Under the pieces are notes generated by a model. The model searched no databases, was not told the origin of the DNA, and saw only the letters and a list, made by a program, of their open reading frames with translations. Source: Burkholderiales bacterium (GTDB lineage: Bacteria > Pseudomonadota > Gammaproteobacteria > Burkholderiales > Ga0077523). From it: a DNA stretch of 64,000 nucleotides. The stretch lies in assembly GCA_019745565.1 (NCBI GenBank), contig JAIESW010000005.1:235-64234 (forward strand), written 5' to 3'. Both the position numbers and the translations under genes were made by a program. Shown in pieces: positions 25,357 to 34,240 of this stretch (the stretch's first letter is position 1; every line of letters starts with the position of its first letter).

Positions 25357-27315
25357 ATGAACGATCTCGACGAAGTCTTTTCCGCTGGCGGCCCGCTGGG
25401 TCGGCACATCCCCGGGTACAAGACCCGGCCGCAGCAGATCGAGATGGCCCGGGCCATCGCGGAAACCATCGAGAATCATGGAGTGCTCGTGGCCGAGGCC
25501 GGCACGGGTACGGGCAAGACGTTCGCCTACCTCGTGCCGGCTCTGCGGTCGGGCGGCAAGGTGATCGTGTCCACCGGCACCAAGACGCTGCAGGATCAGC
25601 TCTTCGATCGCGACCTGCCCGTGGTGCGCAAGGCGCTGCAGGCGTCGGTGACCACGGCGTTGCTGAAGGGGCGCGCCAACTACGTCTGTCACTACCATCT
25701 GGAGCGCGCCAAGAACGACGGCCGGTTCGCAAGCCGGGCCGATGTCGGCTATCTGGGGCTGATCGCGAGCTATGCGCGGACCAGTTCCACCGGGGACAAG
25801 AGCGCCTGCGGCGAGGTGCCGGAAGACGCCGCGATCTGGTCGCAGGTCACGTCCACCCGCGAGAACTGCCTCGGGAGCGACTGCCCCAACTTCAAGGACT
25901 GTTTCGTGATGAAGGCGCGCAAGAACGCGCTCGAGGCCGATGTGGTGGTGGTGAACCACCATCTGTTCTTTGCCGACGTGGTGTTACGCGACGAAGGCGT
26001 GTCGGAACTGCTGCCGGCGTGCAACACGGTCATCCTCGATGAAGCGCACCAGCTCGCCGAGACAGCGAGCCTGTTCTTCGGCGAGACGACTTCCACGGCG
26101 CAGCTGCTCGAACTCGCGCGCGATACGCGGTTGGAGGGGGCGGCCGCGGCCAAGGACTTCGCGGCCTTGCCCGAATCCGCTCAGGCCCTGGAGAAGGCGG
26201 CCAAGGATCTGCGCCTGGCATGGGAAGGAGAGTCCGGCCGTGCTCCGGCGCAGGCGGCGCTCGGGCGCAAGGGCTTCGTTGCCGCGCTGGATACGGTCGC
26301 GGAAAAACTCGAGGCCCTGAACGGCCTGCTCGAGTTCCAGGCCGATCGCAGCGAGGGGCTGGCCCGATGCTGGGAGCGCAGTTGCGACCAACTGGCGCGA
26401 CTCAAGCGCTGGCATGCGGAGCCCGACCCCGACTATGTGCGGTGGATCGAGGTCTTCGCCCACTCGCTGCAACTGCATGCAACGCCGTTGTCCGTCGGCG
26501 AGATCTTCGCGCGACAACTGACCGGTACGCCGCGCGCGTGGATCTTCACCTCGGCGACGCTCTCCGTGAAGGGCGATTTCTCGCACTATGCGCGCCAGCT
26601 GGGCCTCGAGCGGGCTGAGATGCGCAGCTGGGACAGCCCCTTCGACTATCCGCATCAGGCGGTGCTGTACGTGCCCGAAGCGATGCCGGATCCGAACGAT
26701 GCCGGCTACACGCAGGCGGTGGTGAACGCGGTGCTGCCGGCGATCGTCGCGAGCGGCGGACGGGCGTTCTGTCTGTTCACCAGTCTGCGCGCCATGCGCG
26801 AGGCACGCGAGAAGATCGAGGACGGTCTGCGCAAACGCGGCCTGGATTTTCCCGTGCTGCTGCAGGGCGAGGGGTCGCGCACGGATCTGCTGGAGCGTTT
26901 CCGCAAGCTCGGCAACGCGGTGCTCGTGGGCAGCCAATCGTTCTGGGAAGGCGTGGACGTGCGCGGTCCGACGTTGTCGCTGGTGATGATCGACCGCTTG
27001 CCGTTCACGCCGCCGGACGATCCGGTGCTGACGGCGCGCATCGAGCGCATCAATGCGCAGGGCGGCAACGCGTTCATGGATCACCAGTTGCCGCAGGCGG
27101 TGATCCTGTTGAAGCAGGGAGCGGGGCGGTTGATCCGCGATGAGACCGATCGTGGCGTGCTGATGATCTGCGATCCGCGGATCATCACCAAGTCATATGG
27201 AAAGCGTGTGTGGCAGAGCCTGCCGCCGATGCGGCGGACGAGAGATCTCCGGGAGGTGGAGGCGTTCTTCGAGGAGGAGGGACAGGGGACTGCTGTCGAA
27301 ACGGCGCGAGGATAG
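25357..27315 (+). CDS. ATP-dependent DNA helicase, DinG/YoaA (XPD-like Fe-S) family
   Basis: Start moved to ATG 25357 (MNDLDEVFSAGGPL...). Walker A AEAGTGTGKTFAYL, Fe-S cysteines (YVCHY, SACGE, NCLGSDCPNFKDC), DEAH box VILDEAHQL, and C-terminal helicase motifs GSQSFWEGVD...QGAGRLIR. Confidence 0.9.
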   Translation: MNDLDEVFSAGGPLGRHIPGYKTRPQQIEMARAIAETIENHGVLVAEAGTGTGKTFAYLVPALRSGGKVIVSTGTKTLQDQLFDRDLPVVRKALQASVTTALLKGRANYVCHYHLERAKNDGRFASRADVGYLGLIASYARTSSTGDKSACGEVPEDAAIWSQVTSTRENCLGSDCPNFKDCFVMKARKNALEADVVVVNHHLFFADVVLRDEGVSELLPACNTVILDEAHQLAETASLFFGETTSTAQLLELARDTRLEGAAAAKDFAALPESAQALEKAAKDLRLAWEGESGRAPAQAALGRKGFVAALDTVAEKLEALNGLLEFQADRSEGLARCWERSCDQLARLKRWHAEPDPDYVRWIEVFAHSLQLHATPLSVGEIFARQLTGTPRAWIFTSATLSVKGDFSHYARQLGLERAEMRSWDSPFDYPHQAVLYVPEAMPDPNDAGYTQAVVNAVLPAIVASGGRAFCLFTSLRAMREAREKIEDGLRKRGLDFPVLLQGEGSRTDLLERFRKLGNAVLVGSQSFWEGVDVRGPTLSLVMIDRLPFTPPDDPVLTARIERINAQGGNAFMDHQLPQAVILLKQGAGRLIRDETDRGVLMICDPRIITKSYGKRVWQSLPPMRRTRDLREVEAFFEEEGQGTAVETARG

Positions 27316-27330
27316 TTTCGTCGATGGCTT

Positions 27331-27383
27331 GCCCGCATCCCAACCTTCCCCCACCGAAGGTGGGGGAAGGTTGGGATGCGGGC
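27331..27383. repeat. Family-A repeat, minimal form: perfect 25-bp stem / 3-nt loop hairpin
   Basis: gcccgcatcccaaccttcccccacc-gaa-ggtgggggaaggttgggatgcgggc, followed by agcgg. Lies in the 79-bp gap between the convergent helicase and DUF1232 genes, so it probably also acts as a bidirectional terminator. Confidence 0.9.
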
Positions 27384-27394
27384 AGCGGCGATAG

Positions 27395-27772
27395 CTACCT
27401 CACCAACACCCAAACCCCCCACATCCCCACAACCCAGATGGCACCGATCACCGCCGCTCCCATCCAACTCCGCGGCTTGCCCCGCTTCTCTTCGAACCAC
27501 TGCTCGGTCCGAGCTCGACATTCGGCGAGCACCCTCGCAGGAATCATCTTCAGACAGAAGTAGATCCCGATCGGCAGCAGCACGATCTCGTCGAGGTATC
27601 CCAGCACCGGAATGAAATCCGGAATGAGATCGATAGGGCTCAAAGCATAGGCGGCGAGGCCCAGCGCTAACAGCTTCGCCGCCAGCGGCGTGTCCGGATG
27701 TCGCCCCGCGAACCAGAGCGTCATCACGTCGTTGCGCAGCGCCTTCGCCCAGCGTTTCAGGCGCTGCCACAT
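27395..27772 (-). CDS. DUF1232 (YkvA-like) membrane protein
   Basis: 125 aa. LSPIDLIPDFIPVLGYLDE is the DUF1232 signature. Confidence 0.8.
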   Translation of the reverse strand: MWQRLKRWAKALRNDVMTLWFAGRHPDTPLAAKLLALGLAAYALSPIDLIPDFIPVLGYLDEIVLLPIGIYFCLKMIPARVLAECRARTEQWFEEKRGKPRSWMGAAVIGAIWVVGMWGVWVLVR

Positions 27773-27773
27773 G

Positions 27774-29117
27774 TCAGGTCGTGATGACGTCCGCGAAGAG
27801 ATCGTGCTCGTCGGAGCGCGTGACGCGCACCTGCGCGAATTGTCCCGCCTTCAGCCAGCGTGCTCCGTCCACGTACACGACGCCATCGATCTCGGGCGCA
27901 TCCGCTGCGCTGCGCGCCTTGGCCCGGTTGCCGTCCACTTCATCCACCAGCACCGTGATCTCCTTGCCCACCTTACGCGCGAGGCGACGGGTGGAGATCT
28001 TCTCCTGGGTCTGCATGAAGCGGTCGCGCCGTTCCTGACGGACCTCGTCGGGAACGGCGTCGGGCAATTCGTTGGCGACCGCGCCTTCCACCGGTGAATA
28101 GGGGAAACAGCCGACGCGGTCCAGTTCCGCTTCTTCGAGGAAGGCGAGCAGTTCTTCGAACTCCGCTTCCGTCTCGCCCGGGAACCCGGCGATGAACGTG
28201 GAGCGGATGGTGATCTCCGGACAGATCTCGCGCCAGGCGCGGATGCGCGCGAGATTGTTCTCCGCGCTGGCCGGGCGCTTCATCAGCTTGAGGATGCGCG
28301 GGCTCGCGTGCTGGAACGGCACGTCGAGGTAGGGCAGGAGCTTGCCTTCGGCCATCAGCGGGATCACCTCGTCCACGTGCGGATACGGATACACGTAGTG
28401 CAGGCGTACCCACACTCCCAGTTCGCTCATCGCACGCACCATTTCGGTCATGCGCGTCTTCACCGGGCGACCCTTCCAGAAGCCGGTGCGGTATTTCACG
28501 TCGACGCCGTAGGCGCTGGTGTCCTGCGAGATGACCAGGATTTCCTTCACGCCAGCGCGGGCGAGGTGTTCGGCTTCCTGCAGCACGTCACCTACCGGGC
28601 GGCTCACGAGATCGCCGCGCATCGATGGAATGATGCAGAAGGTGCAACGATGGTTGCAGCCTTCGGAGATCTTGAGATACGCGTAGTGCTTCGGAGTGAG
28701 CTTGATGCCCTGTGCCGGTACGAGATCGGTGAACGGATCGTGCGGTTTGGGCAGATGCTGATGCACGACGTCCATCACTTCTTCGGTGGCGTGCGGGCCG
28801 GTCACGGCCAGCACCGAAGGATGCGTGTCCTTCACCACCGAGCCCTTCGCGCCGAGGCAGCCGGTGACGATCACCTTGCCGTTCTCGCTGAGTGCCTCAC
28901 CGATCGCGTCGAGCGATTCCTCCACGGCGGAATCGATGAAGCCACAGGTATTCACCACCACCAGGTCCGCATCGGAGTAGGTGGGGGAGATGTCGTAGCC
29001 CTCCGCGCGCAGGCGCGTGAGGATGTGCTCCGAGTCGACCAGCGCCTTCGGACAGCCGAGCGAGACGAAGCCGACCTTCGGCGCAGCCGCAGGGCGGGCG
29101 CGAACGCGAGCCTTCAT
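27774..29117 (-). CDS. rimO: Ribosomal protein S12 methylthiotransferase RimO
   Basis: Start at ATG 29117 ([30 protein letters not shown]). UPF0004 cysteines (GCPK, NTCGF), radical-SAM CNHRCTFC, and a C-terminal TRAM domain. The upstream 55 codons of the track ORF are Arg/Ser-rich junk. Confidence 0.9.
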   Translation of the reverse strand: MKARVRARPAAAPKVGFVSLGCPKALVDSEHILTRLRAEGYDISPTYSDADLVVVNTCGFIDSAVEESLDAIGEALSENGKVIVTGCLGAKGSVVKDTHPSVLAVTGPHATEEVMDVVHQHLPKPHDPFTDLVPAQGIKLTPKHYAYLKISEGCNHRCTFCIIPSMRGDLVSRPVGDVLQEAEHLARAGVKEILVISQDTSAYGVDVKYRTGFWKGRPVKTRMTEMVRAMSELGVWVRLHYVYPYPHVDEVIPLMAEGKLLPYLDVPFQHASPRILKLMKRPASAENNLARIRAWREICPEITIRSTFIAGFPGETEAEFEELLAFLEEAELDRVGCFPYSPVEGAVANELPDAVPDEVRQERRDRFMQTQEKISTRRLARKVGKEITVLVDEVDGNRAKARSAADAPEIDGVVYVDGARWLKAGQFAQVRVTRSDEHDLFADVITT

Positions 29118-29136
29118 GCGCGAGAAACTGCGGCGG

Positions 29137-29730
29137 TCAGGACTTCTTACCGCCCGACCCGGAAGGTTCGGTGGACTCGGGTTCCGCCGTCGTGCTGCCG
29201 AAGGGCGCGAAGGGAAAGCCGCTGAACATGTTGCGCGCCTGCTTCTGGAGCTGCTGCTGCATCTCGACGAAGGTGCTGGCACTCTGCTCCAGGTAGCTGC
29301 CCATCAGGCCCTGGATGGCGGGGCCCTGCATCTTGATGAACTGGCTCCACGCGTCGTTGCCGCCCATGCCGCCCTCGCCGAACTTGGCGAGCGACTGCTC
29401 CTGCAGCTTGCGCTGGATTTCCATGAAGGTCTGGATGTTCTTTTCCAGATAGTTGCCCATCATCCCCTGCATGGCGTTGCCATAGAAACGGATGATCTGC
29501 GACAGCATGTCGGAGGAGAACATCGGCGCGCCCGCCGATTCTTCCTCGAGGATGATCTGCAGCAGGATGCTGCGGGTCAGATCCTCGTTGGTCTTCGCAT
29601 CGACCACCTTGAAGGGCACTTGCTCGAGCACCAGCGCCTTTACGTCGGTCAGCGTGATGTAGCTGCTGGTCGCGGTGTCGTACAGGCGGCGGTTCGGGTA
29701 CTTCTTGATCAGCCGAAGTTCCTCAGCCAT
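29137..29730 (-). CDS. phaR: Polyhydroxyalkanoate synthesis repressor PhaR
   Basis: 197 aa. N-terminal [20 protein letters not shown] is the PhaR DNA-binding signature. Confidence 0.9.
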   Translation of the reverse strand: MAEELRLIKKYPNRRLYDTATSSYITLTDVKALVLEQVPFKVVDAKTNEDLTRSILLQIILEEESAGAPMFSSDMLSQIIRFYGNAMQGMMGNYLEKNIQTFMEIQRKLQEQSLAKFGEGGMGGNDAWSQFIKMQGPAIQGLMGSYLEQSASTFVEMQQQLQKQARNMFSGFPFAPFGSTTAEPESTEPSGSGGKKS

Positions 29731-29804
29731 AGGGTGGGGCCTCTTTGCAGTTGGCTTTAGTGGACGGGGCGGTCCTGTTCGGGGTCTCGCCGATCCTCCG
29801 TCGG

Positions 29805-29822
29805 CAACGGTTCAAACCGTTG
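29805..29822. promoter_or_regulatory. Palindrome CAACGGTT-CA-AACCGTTG in the phaR-phaP divergent region
   Basis: Perfect 8-bp arms, located 75 bp upstream of phaR and 155 bp upstream of phaP. Candidate PhaR operator. Confidence 0.3.
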
Positions 29823-29867
29823 ATAAATAACTGTAACGGAAGAATGGTGCGCCGCGCAAAAAAATTG

Positions 29868-29896
29868 TTGACACGGGCTTTTTCGGTCCCTACCAT
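29868..29896 (+). promoter_or_regulatory. Candidate sigma70 promoter of the phasin gene
   Basis: TTGACA - 17 nt - TACCAT in an AT-richer stretch. Followed by the hairpin gcatctc-cgaaa-gagatgc (29919-29937) in the putative leader. Confidence 0.4.
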
Positions 29897-29977
29897 CGCC
29901 CTTGTGCATTGCATCAACGCATCTCCGAAAGAGATGCAGGTTCGTGGAAAGTCCCCAATCCACCAAGGGATTAACGG

Positions 29978-30532
29978 GTGAAAATCGATCAAGGTTTGGT
30001 TTCCGCAGTGAACAATACCAGTCTTGGCCTGGCCCTGGTGGCGGCGGAGGCGGGATACGCGGCGGCCGATCGATTGGTGGGATTGCAACTCGAATCAGGT
30101 AAGGCGCTGTTGCACGAGTCGTTCGATCAGGCACGCAAGCTGGCCGCGGCGAAGGACTTCGGCGAAGTGGTCGGGATGCTCACGGTATGGTCGCAGAGCA
30201 GTGTGGAGAAACTCTCCGGCTACTCGCAGAATTACGTAGCGATCGTGCAGGAAGCGCGGAACCAAGTGTTGAAGTATCTGGATGACGAGGGCGCGCCGCT
30301 TCAGCGGCAGTGGCTCGAATCGATCGAAAAGTCAGTTTTGCACGCGCCGGTGCCCGGCGGTGAGTGGTGGACGGCAGGAACGAAGACCGCGGTGACGACG
30401 ACGACCGCCATCATCGATGCCGTGCAGCAGGCAGTGACGCAGTTGACCGAATTTGCCGGGGCTGGCTTGAAGCCGGCTCCCATCAGCGCCGCCGTTGCAT
30501 CGGTGGTGCCGCGCGCGAGGCGCGTGGGCTGA
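29978..30532 (+). CDS. phaP: Phasin-family PHA granule protein
   Basis: 184 aa with a GTG start. Ala/Gln-rich amphipathic helices with ...LQLESGKALLHESFDQARKLAAAKDFGEV..., typical of phasin_2/TIGR01841-like proteins. Its position next to phaR supports the call. Confidence 0.75.
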   Translation: MKIDQGLVSAVNNTSLGLALVAAEAGYAAADRLVGLQLESGKALLHESFDQARKLAAAKDFGEVVGMLTVWSQSSVEKLSGYSQNYVAIVQEARNQVLKYLDDEGAPLQRQWLESIEKSVLHAPVPGGEWWTAGTKTAVTTTTAIIDAVQQAVTQLTEFAGAGLKPAPISAAVASVVPRARRVG

Positions 30533-30566
30533 AGTCTCCTCCCCCTTTATCGAAAGATAAGGGTTA

Positions 30567-30598
30567 AACCCCGGTAGGCAACTACCGGGGTTTTTTTT
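30567..30598 (+). terminator. Rho-independent terminator of the phasin gene
   Basis: aa-ccccggtag-gcaa-ctaccgggg-tttttttt, located 35 nt after the stop. Confidence 0.85.
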
Positions 30599-30702
30599 GT
30601 CTTCTCGGTGCCGCCGGGCCGCCCCAAGGCACTGACGCGCCCCCCTCGGTGGGCAGCGACCAAGGGGAGCGTGGGGGCTCTCCACTGTGGGCGGCGCTGC
30701 AG

Positions 30703-31446
30703 CTACTGCATGTGCTGGCCGCCGTTGATGGAGATATTGGCGCCCGTCACGAACGCGGCTTCGTCGGAAGCGAGGTAGATGATGAGGCCGGCCACTTCTT
30801 CCGGCTTGCCGAGGCGGCCGAGCGGGATCTGCGGCAGGATCTTCGTCTCGAGAATTTCCGGAGCGATCGCCGTCACCATCTTGGTGCCGATGTAGCCGGG
30901 CGAGATGGTGTTCACCGTCACGCCCTTCTTGGCCACTTCGAGGGCGAGTGCCTTGGTGAAGCCGTGCATGCCGGCCTTGGCCGCCGAGTAGTTGGTCTGG
31001 CCGAACGCGCCTTTCTGGCCGTTCACCGACGAGACGTTGATCACGCGACCCCAGCCGCGCTCCACCATACCGTCCATGACCTGCTTGGTCATGTTGAAGC
31101 AGCTGTCCAGGTTGGTGCGGATCACGGCGTCCCAGGCGGCCTTGTCCATCTTCTTGAAGGTCATGTCCTTGGTGATGCCGGCGTTGTTCACCAGCACGTC
31201 CACCGGGCCCGCTTCCTTCTCCACCCGGGCGACGGCCGCGGCACAGGAATCGTAGTCACCGACATCGCATGGGACGGCGTGGAAGGTATAGCCCCGCGCC
31301 TTCATCGCTGCCAGCCAGTCGCCCGAGGTCTTGTTGGACGGCGAATACGTGACGACGACGTGGTAACCGGCGTCGGCCATCTTGGTGCAGATCGACTCGC
31401 CGAGGCCACCCATGCCACCGGTGACCAGCACGATTCTCTTTTGCAT
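30703..31446 (-). CDS. phaB: Acetoacetyl-CoA reductase PhaB (SDR)
   Basis: 247 aa. VTGGMGGLG, NNAGIT, YSAAKAG, and C-terminal GANISINGGQHM. Lies directly downstream of phaC. Confidence 0.9.
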   Translation of the reverse strand: MQKRIVLVTGGMGGLGESICTKMADAGYHVVVTYSPSNKTSGDWLAAMKARGYTFHAVPCDVGDYDSCAAAVARVEKEAGPVDVLVNNAGITKDMTFKKMDKAAWDAVIRTNLDSCFNMTKQVMDGMVERGWGRVINVSSVNGQKGAFGQTNYSAAKAGMHGFTKALALEVAKKGVTVNTISPGYIGTKMVTAIAPEILETKILPQIPLGRLGKPEEVAGLIIYLASDEAAFVTGANISINGGQHMQ

Positions 31447-31461
31447 GTTCTCCTCCCGTCT

Positions 31462-33210
31462 TCAGGTTCGAGTTGTGTAGTTGTTCTGATGCCGCGTCGC
31501 AGTGACCGGAACCTCCGCCACAAAGCGTCCCGGCGCCGGTTCGATCACGGGATGTCGGTCGTTGCCGAGTACCACGGGTGCACGGATGCGGCGACCCGAT
31601 CGCTCGCCGATCCATGCGCCCCAATCGTGCCACCAACTGCCGCGATGGTGTTGTGCGGAATCAAACCAGGTGTCGGGCTCGTTCGACCCGTGCGAGTTGT
31701 CCCACCAGCCGCGGCGGTCGAGCTTGGCCGAATTGATCACGCCTGCCACATGGCCGCTCTCGGCCAGCACGAAGCGGCATTCCCCCGACAGAAGATTCGG
31801 TGTGCGGAATGCAGAATGCCACGGGACGATGTGGTCGTCTTTCGCCGCCAGCACGTAGCTCGGAATCTCGATGCGGCGGAGATCGATGGACTGGCCGCAC
31901 AGTTCGAGGGCACCCGGTTGCCGCAAGCGGTTCTCCAGATACATGTTGCGCAGGTACCACGCGTAGAGGCGGCCGGGCAGGTTGGCGCTGTCGCTGTTCC
32001 AGTGCAGCAGATCGAAGGCGCGCGGCGTTTCGCCGAACAGATAGTTGTGCTCGACGAAGTACCAGATGAGGTCGCGCGCGCGCAGGCTCGCGAAGGCCGA
32101 GGCGAGTTGCGAACCCGGCATCACGCCGCCGTCGGCGAACTCGCGTTCGCGCCGGGCGACGCTGGCTTCGTCGACGAAGACCGAGATCTCGCCCGGATCG
32201 GAGAAGTCGAGCAGGGTGGCGAGCAGCGTGAGGTGGGCCATGCGCTTGCCGCCGCGGGCCGCTTCGATCGCAGCGGCACACGTCGTCAGCGTGCCGCCGA
32301 CACAGAACCCGAGGACGTTGGCATCACGGGTGCCGGCGATGTCGAGGACCGCGTCGAGCGCCGAGAAGACGCCCTCCTGCAGATAATCCTCCCAGCTCGC
32401 GCCACCCAACTCGGGCGGGATGTTGCGCCACGAGACCATGAAGACCTGTTGCCCCTGCTCCAGCGCGAAGCGCACGAACGAGTTCTCCGGCCGCAGGTCG
32501 AGGATGTAGTACTTGTTGATGAACGGCGGCACGATCAGCAGCGGCCGCGCCCCCACCTTCTCCGTGAGCGGCGTGTACTGGATGAGCTGCATGATCGGTG
32601 TCTCGTGCACCACGGCGCCCGGCGTGATCGCGAGGTTGCGACCCACTTCGAAGGCACCGGCATCGCTCATGGAGATGCGCCCGCGCTCGAGGTCGGCACG
32701 GAGGTTTTTCAGACCGCGTTGCAGCGTGGTGCCGCTGCTTTCCACCGCAGCGCGGATCGCGGCGGGATTCGTGGCCAGGAAATTCGCCGGTGCCGACGCC
32801 TCGGCCCATTGGCGCAGCGCGAACGCGAGCCGCCGGCGCGCCTGCGGTTCGATCTCCAGTGCGCCGGGCAGTTGCTCCGCCCAGCGGCTCATCAGCCGGT
32901 GCTGGTCTTCCAGCAGCGCGAAGAACGGCAGCTTGCCGTTGTCATTGGACGACGACGGTGCATCCAGCGCACGCCGCCACAATCCAACCTGCTGTTCGTA
33001 GAACTCCCGCTGCAGGGCAGCGAGCTTTTCCGGTGCTTGCTGCATCGTGCGCGCCCACGCCAGGGCGAATGCCGGGCCGTCGGCGAGCGCTTCGGAAGCC
33101 GGCTGGACGAGTGCCTTCAGTGCCTCGGCGTTGGCTTCGAGGAACTGCTGCAGCGACAATGCGGAATCGGACGGCACGGGCATCGACGAACTTCGCGTGC
33201 GGTGTGCCAT
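31462..33210 (-). CDS. phaC: Class I poly(R)-hydroxyalkanoate synthase PhaC
   Basis: 582 aa. Lipase-box variant GFCVGGT, PhaC N-domain (ILDLRPENSFV, MVSWRNI), and HW...D...H catalytic region. Confidence 0.9.
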   Translation of the reverse strand: MAHRTRSSSMPVPSDSALSLQQFLEANAEALKALVQPASEALADGPAFALAWARTMQQAPEKLAALQREFYEQQVGLWRRALDAPSSSNDNGKLPFFALLEDQHRLMSRWAEQLPGALEIEPQARRRLAFALRQWAEASAPANFLATNPAAIRAAVESSGTTLQRGLKNLRADLERGRISMSDAGAFEVGRNLAITPGAVVHETPIMQLIQYTPLTEKVGARPLLIVPPFINKYYILDLRPENSFVRFALEQGQQVFMVSWRNIPPELGGASWEDYLQEGVFSALDAVLDIAGTRDANVLGFCVGGTLTTCAAAIEAARGGKRMAHLTLLATLLDFSDPGEISVFVDEASVARREREFADGGVMPGSQLASAFASLRARDLIWYFVEHNYLFGETPRAFDLLHWNSDSANLPGRLYAWYLRNMYLENRLRQPGALELCGQSIDLRRIEIPSYVLAAKDDHIVPWHSAFRTPNLLSGECRFVLAESGHVAGVINSAKLDRRGWWDNSHGSNEPDTWFDSAQHHRGSWWHDWGAWIGERSGRRIRAPVVLGNDRHPVIEPAPGRFVAEVPVTATRHQNNYTTRT

Positions 33211-33240
33211 TCTGTTGGTGCCGCCGTCGACCGGTCAAGC

Positions 33241-33474
33241 ATGTACATCGTCGCCATAGCCTGGGTTTACGTCACGCTGCTGATGGCCGCTACCGAACGC
33301 AATCTGGTGGCGGGCGTGATGACGTTCCTCACCTACGGCCTCGGGCCGCTCGCGCTGTTCCTGTGGTTGTTCGGGGGGCCGCGGCGCAAGCGGGCTGCAG
33401 CCCGCCGCCAGGCCTCAGTGTCCGGCGATGCTGCCGACGAGCCAGATGGTACCGACGCCAAGCCCGATCAGTAG
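33241..33474 (+). CDS. Hypothetical 77-aa two-TM protein divergent from phaC
   Basis: MYIVAIAWVYVTLLMAATERNLVAGVMTFLTYGLGPLALFLWLFGGPRRKR plus a charged tail. It is the only part of the 941-aa shadow ORF that does not lie antisense to a real gene. Its last 60 nt overlap the convergent ZIP gene, which lowers confidence. Confidence 0.45.
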   Translation: MYIVAIAWVYVTLLMAATERNLVAGVMTFLTYGLGPLALFLWLFGGPRRKRAAARRQASVSGDAADEPDGTDAKPDQ

Positions 33475-34185
33475 CGACTGCTGCAGGGTCGAACTCAGTT
33501 CCGCGCGCCGGTGCAACCCCGGAATGAGGTCCGCCACGGCGACGTAGAGCATGCTCGCCGCGGCCACCGCGACCAGCAGCGGCACCAGGTTCATCAGCGG
33601 CGTCAGCGCGAGGTAGCCGATCAGTCCACCCACAACCATCGCGAGCCCCGTCAGCAGGTTGTAGCCCAGCGCCTTGCGGCGCGAGTAGCCCGAGTGCAGG
33701 AGGATCACGAAGTTCGAGAGTTCCTGCGGAATCTCGTGGGTGATGATGGCGACGGCCGCGACGAGTCCCAACTGGAAGTCGGCCAGGAACGCTGCGGCGA
33801 TGAGGATGCCGTCCACGAAGTTGTGGAAGGTATCGCCGATCAGGATCAGGGCGCCGCTGCGGCCGTGGTCGTGGGCGGGGCCGGGCGGATCGTGCGCCTC
33901 GCAATCCTCCACGTGGCAATGACGCCATAGGACCAGCTTCTCCAGCACGAAGAACGCGAGGATGCCCCCGAGCACCGTGGCCGTCACCGCTTCGATGCTC
34001 GAGGCGCGTTCGAACGCGTAGGGGAGGATCTCGAGGAAAACCGCGCCGAGCAGCGCGCCCACCGCGAAGCTCACCAGCAGCGGCACGCGCGCTGCCGTCG
34101 CCCCGAGCGAGAGCAGGGCGGCCAGCAGCACCGACAGCAGGCCGCCAGCCACGCACGCGACAACGATCGCCAGGAAAGTCTGCAC
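33415..34185 (-). CDS. zupT: ZIP-family divalent metal (zinc) transporter
   Basis: 256 aa. His-rich loop HCHVEDCEAHDPPGPAHDHG, plus the ZIP motifs HNFVDG and HEIPQE. Confidence 0.85.
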   Translation of the reverse strand: MQTFLAIVVACVAGGLLSVLLAALLSLGATAARVPLLVSFAVGALLGAVFLEILPYAFERASSIEAVTATVLGGILAFFVLEKLVLWRHCHVEDCEAHDPPGPAHDHGRSGALILIGDTFHNFVDGILIAAAFLADFQLGLVAAVAIITHEIPQELSNFVILLHSGYSRRKALGYNLLTGLAMVVGGLIGYLALTPLMNLVPLLVAVAAASMLYVAVADLIPGLHRRAELSSTLQQSLLIGLGVGTIWLVGSIAGH

Positions 34186-34205
34186 GAAGCCTTACCGCCG
34201 GACCA

Positions 34206-34226
34206 AAATGCAACAGTATAGCGTTA
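34206..34226. promoter_or_regulatory. AT-rich imperfect palindrome upstream of the ZIP gene (possible Zur-type box)
   Basis: aaatgcaacagtatagcgtta lies in the 55-bp gap before the ZIP start. About 12 of 19 positions are self-complementary, with a loose resemblance to GAAATGTTATAxTATAACATTTC. Confidence 0.2.
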
Positions 34227-34240
34227 GCGCTGACCGGTGC

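Noticed and set aside
27210-27563. ORFs translated through family-A repeats (for example 27210-27563, 52646-52894 and 55908-56219, with PSPTEGGG / PHLRWGKAGMG peptides)
   Set aside because: The apparent conserved peptides result from translating a palindromic DNA repeat. They occur in both orientations and in intergenic positions, and they overlap real genes on the flanks.
30649-33240. Bulk of the 941-aa plus-strand ORF
   Set aside because: It is antisense to phaB and phaC, both of which have unambiguous family motifs. Only the last 78 codons, which lie outside phaC, were kept as a low-confidence small ORF.
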